Positions 61,310 to 64,000 of a DNA stretch of 64,000 bases are shown one piece after another. Position numbers and translations under genes: made by a program. Source of the DNA: Hydrurus foetidus (lineage: Eukaryota). The DNA lies in contig UYFQ01000732.1 in the NCBI GenBank assembly GCA_900617105.1, positions 62,001 through 126,000 of the forward strand, read 5' to 3'. The notes below the pieces were generated by a model that had not been told where the DNA came from, did not search any database, and worked only from the letters and a program-made list of their open reading frames with translations. How positions within the stretch are numbered: the first letter of the stretch is position 1; the number at the start of each line of letters is the position of its first letter.

Positions 61310-62521
61310 TCATGGGCCATCCCGCGCTGACGGTGGCGCACGTATCGACTGACCACGCACGAACGATTCCACAACAACCATTTGTGCGCCGCAGTGCGTG
61401 CATACAAAGTTGGGTCGCACTGGTTCATCACCTGCTGCATGGGCATCTGCTACCTGTTCGATAGGAACGGCAGTCGCCACGCCCAGCAGTTCACGCGCAA
61501 GCGCAAGTTTCTCCTTGCGTCCGTTATTGGCGATCAAGCCGAAGTGGCGTATGCGATGAAACCCGCCAGGCAAGACATGCAGCAGGAAACGGCGCATGAA
61601 CTCATCGGAGCTGAGCGTCATCGTCTTGTGCCGTGCCCTGTCCGGGTTGCTCTTGTCGCGGTAGTCCTTCCAGCGAAAGGTGACACCACGCTCGTCCATC
61701 GCCACCAGACGGGAATTGGCAATGGCCACGCGGTGCGTGTAGCGCGACAGGTAGGCCAGCACCGCTGCTGGCCCTGCGAACGGGCGTTTGGCATACACGA
61801 CCCATTCGATCTTGCGAAGTGGCGCCAGCCACCTGGCAAATGCCTTGGGATCTGCCAGCCCCGCGCTCTCACCAAAGAACTGCAGCCGACCCTCACGGTG
61901 CACCTCCTCCAGCGCCTCCAGGAAGCGCCGTCGGAACAGGCGCGAGAGCACCCGCACAGACAGGAAGAAGCCGGGCTTGCAAGAAACCCAGCGCTTGCCA
62001 TCCGGTGAGAGCCCTCCGCCCGGCACGATTCCGTGCACATGGGGATGGTGCGTGAGCGCCGAACCCCAAGTGTGCAGCACCAATGTCGCGCCGACCTGCG
62101 CACCCAGATGCTTGGGATCGGCTGCGATGGTGATCAGGGTTTCAGCGGCGATCTCGAACAGCAGGCCGTAGACCACAGCCTTGTTGTAGTACGCGATGTC
62201 GCTGATGGGTGCCGGCAGTGTGAAGACCACATGGTAGTAATCCACCGGCAAGAGGTCGGCCTGGCGGGCTTCCAACCAGCGCTTGGCAGCATGGGCCTGG
62301 CACTTGGGGCAATGCCGGTTGCGGCAGGAGTTGTAGGACACCTGATCGTTCTGGCAGTCCGGACAGCGCAAAACATGGCCCCCCAGCGCCGCCGTGCGGC
62401 ACTGTTCGATCGCTGTCATGACCTTGAGCTGACCCAGACTCAGATGAGAGCGCTGCGCAGCCCTATAGGCAGGCCCATGGGCGCGGAAGATGTCCGCCAC
62501 CGCCAGGGCACTAGGCCCCAT
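61310..62521 (-). CDS. IS91-family rolling-circle (Y2, HUH) transposase
   Basis: Zn motif SCRNRHCPKC, HUH motif HPHVH, YLSRY. Confidence 0.95.
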   Translation of the reverse strand: MGPSALAVADIFRAHGPAYRAAQRSHLSLGQLKVMTAIEQCRTAALGGHVLRCPDCQNDQVSYNSCRNRHCPKCQAHAAKRWLEARQADLLPVDYYHVVFTLPAPISDIAYYNKAVVYGLLFEIAAETLITIAADPKHLGAQVGATLVLHTWGSALTHHPHVHGIVPGGGLSPDGKRWVSCKPGFFLSVRVLSRLFRRRFLEALEEVHREGRLQFFGESAGLADPKAFARWLAPLRKIEWVVYAKRPFAGPAAVLAYLSRYTHRVAIANSRLVAMDERGVTFRWKDYRDKSNPDRARHKTMTLSSDEFMRRFLLHVLPGGFHRIRHFGLIANNGRKEKLALARELLGVATAVPIEQVADAHAAGDEPVRPNFVCTHCGAQMVVVESFVRGQSIRAPPSARDGP

Positions 62522-62529
62522 GGAAGTGC

Positions 62530-63405
62530 CTACTTCGTTGGCAGTGTTTCCAGCGGGCTGATCACCTCTTTAAGCACCTCGGTGGCCACCTGGGTATAAA
62601 GCGCCGTGGTCTCCAGCTTCTTGTGCCCCAGCATTACCTGGATCACGCGGATGTCGACCTTCTGTTCCAACAGATGCGTGGCAAAGCTGTGTCGCAGGGT
62701 ATGCATGGACACGCGCTTGTCGATCTTGGCCAGGGTGGCCGCTTCATGAATAGCGCGGTTGAGTTGCTTCGCAGTAAGAGGGTCGATCGGATCACGCCCT
62801 GGAAACAGCCAGCCGCCATTGAGCATCTTGCCCTGTGCGCGTGCGACACGCCACCACACGCGCAGACGCTCCAACAAGATCGGCGAGATCATGGCGTACC
62901 TGTCCCGTCCGCCTTTGCCTTGTTCCACGCGCAGCGTCATGCGTTGACTGTCGATGTCGCTCACTTTGAGCGAGAGCACTTCACTGACCCGCAGTCCTGT
63001 ACCGTAGGCCACCGCCAGTGCGGTTTGGTGCTTGAGGTTGCCGGCACAAGCAATCAAACGGGCGACCTCTTGCTTGTTCAAGACAACGGGGATCTTGTGG
63101 GGCACACGAACCGATTGCATCTTCGCCAGAACATCGCCATGGCCCAACGTCACATCAAACAGGAACTTCAAGCCGGTGATGGTGGCGTTGAGGGTAATCG
63201 GGGAGGTACCTGCGTCCACCAGGTGCAATTGATAGCGGCGCAAGTCCTCGGCAGTGGCGGTGTCCGGGGAACGCCCCAGATACTGTGCAAATCTGCTGAC
63301 CGCTCGGATATAGGCTTCCCGCGTCTTGGGCGCGAGTTTGCGCATACGCATATCCTCCAGCATGCGTTGACGCAGTGGAGATACCGGTTGGCTTGACGTT
63401 TCCAT
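62530..63405 (-). CDS. Tyrosine recombinase/integrase with an N-terminal SAM-like domain
   Basis: YGTGLRVSE, GKG, HTLRHSFATHL, LGH, ALYT. Confidence 0.95.
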   Translation of the reverse strand: METSSQPVSPLRQRMLEDMRMRKLAPKTREAYIRAVSRFAQYLGRSPDTATAEDLRRYQLHLVDAGTSPITLNATITGLKFLFDVTLGHGDVLAKMQSVRVPHKIPVVLNKQEVARLIACAGNLKHQTALAVAYGTGLRVSEVLSLKVSDIDSQRMTLRVEQGKGGRDRYAMISPILLERLRVWWRVARAQGKMLNGGWLFPGRDPIDPLTAKQLNRAIHEAATLAKIDKRVSMHTLRHSFATHLLEQKVDIRVIQVMLGHKKLETTALYTQVATEVLKEVISPLETLPTK

Positions 63406-63653
63406 GGCTGTGCTCCTGTGTGAATGAGGCCAATTGCCTCAATTCACAACATAGGCACGCGCTAAACCAGATGGGCGCAAACCGCGCTGGCTCGGGGACT
63501 ACCGCGATAGCGGTTTCGTCCAATGGCCCAAAGCAGAAAAAATGCGCGCCGTCATCGCCAGTTCTCAGCTCAAACAATTGAAGCCTAAGGTGTCAGCATC
63601 CGCCAAAAACTGCATTGCTCTCAGGACACAGCATCGGAGACCAATTCAAAAAA

Positions 63654-64000
63654 GGGAGCTTCGTTGAATTCACTGTGATTTTCTAGCCCATCGCCAAGTT
63701 CAACTTGCCACAATGAAACAGAATCCTTGCCCGGTAGTTGGTGAAGTTACGAAACCCACGGGCATTGGCCTTGATGAGTTGGATGGCGCTGTTGAAGCCC
63801 TCCGCACAGGCGTTGCTGATCCTGTGCTGGCTGAAGTTCAGCAATCCCTCCTCGTGGCGCCTGAGCATCTTGACGACCTTTTTGATTGGCTCCAACTTGC
63901 TGCGCATCGCGTTGTTCGACCAGGCTTTGAAGTGGCGTTTGGCAGCACCCTTGTAGCTGTAACTCCAGAACTGGGTGAAGTTCTCCTTGATGCACCAAGC
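63654..64000 (-). mobile_element. ISL3-family element, 3' part (runs off the window)
   Basis: Transposase C-terminus next to an A-rich tract; element end is approximate. Confidence 0.7.
63683..64000 (-). CDS. ISL3-family transposase, C-terminal part
   Basis: SNACAEGFNSAIQLIKANARGFRNFTNYRARI motif. Confidence 0.88.
   Translation of the reverse strand, partial: AWCIKENFTQFWSYSYKGAAKRHFKAWSNNAMRSKLEPIKKVVKMLRRHEEGLLNFSQHRISNACAEGFNSAIQLIKANARGFRNFTNYRARILFHCGKLNLAMG

Larger units (their letters stand above)
60965..63529 (-). mobile_element. Tyrosine recombinase + IS91-type Y2 transposase element (ends inferred)
   Basis: Two-gene unit; GCCC at both inferred junctions; subterminal inverted 11/12 match GCGGTTTC(C/G)TCC at 61032-61043 and 63510-63521. 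Confidence 0.75.

Noticed and set aside
55020..63600. Classical integron (IntI + attC)
   Set aside because: The 291-aa recombinase lacks the IntI-specific insertion, and I saw no RYYYAAC...GTTRRRY attC structures around the cargo genes.

Overview
This is a GC-rich betaproteobacterial chromosome segment; gene order and content point to Comamonadaceae (inference). About 1-55 kb is mostly core genome: parC-slt-parE, dapA-bamC, slyD, dut-coaBC, pyrG-kdsA-eno-ftsB, hslO, xerD, queG-tsaE-amiC, dedA, mutL and a GbsR-cydAB operon. Signalling modules are interspersed: an MCP, a PAS kinase with an ANTAR regulator, an EAL-HDOD protein, and a FeeM-like synthase facing a 7TM-GGDEF-EAL protein. 55-64 kb is an accessory island with an 802-aa Zn-ribbon/PD-(D/E)xK protein, a secreted-protein gene split by an intact IS4 (18-bp IRs, 9-bp TSD), a tyrosine recombinase plus IS91-type Y2 transposase element, and a partial ISL3. 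Two patterns are not explained by gene annotation. (1) A degenerate ~30-bp two-armed site brackets co-oriented cargo genes (in the island and around an RDD gene at 29.6-31.5 kb) and is rebuilt when the recombinase/Y2 element is removed, which suggests a cassette-like gene-capture system. (2) Nine copies of a fixed-spacing ~60-bp motif (GCTA-N9-TAGC-N5-GCGCA-N13-CTAG) occur, seven of them inside genes. Some appear overprinted on conserved enzymes without an indel, and one encodes a signal peptide. No rRNA, tRNA or CRISPR array was seen. All calls were made by eye, without database searches.
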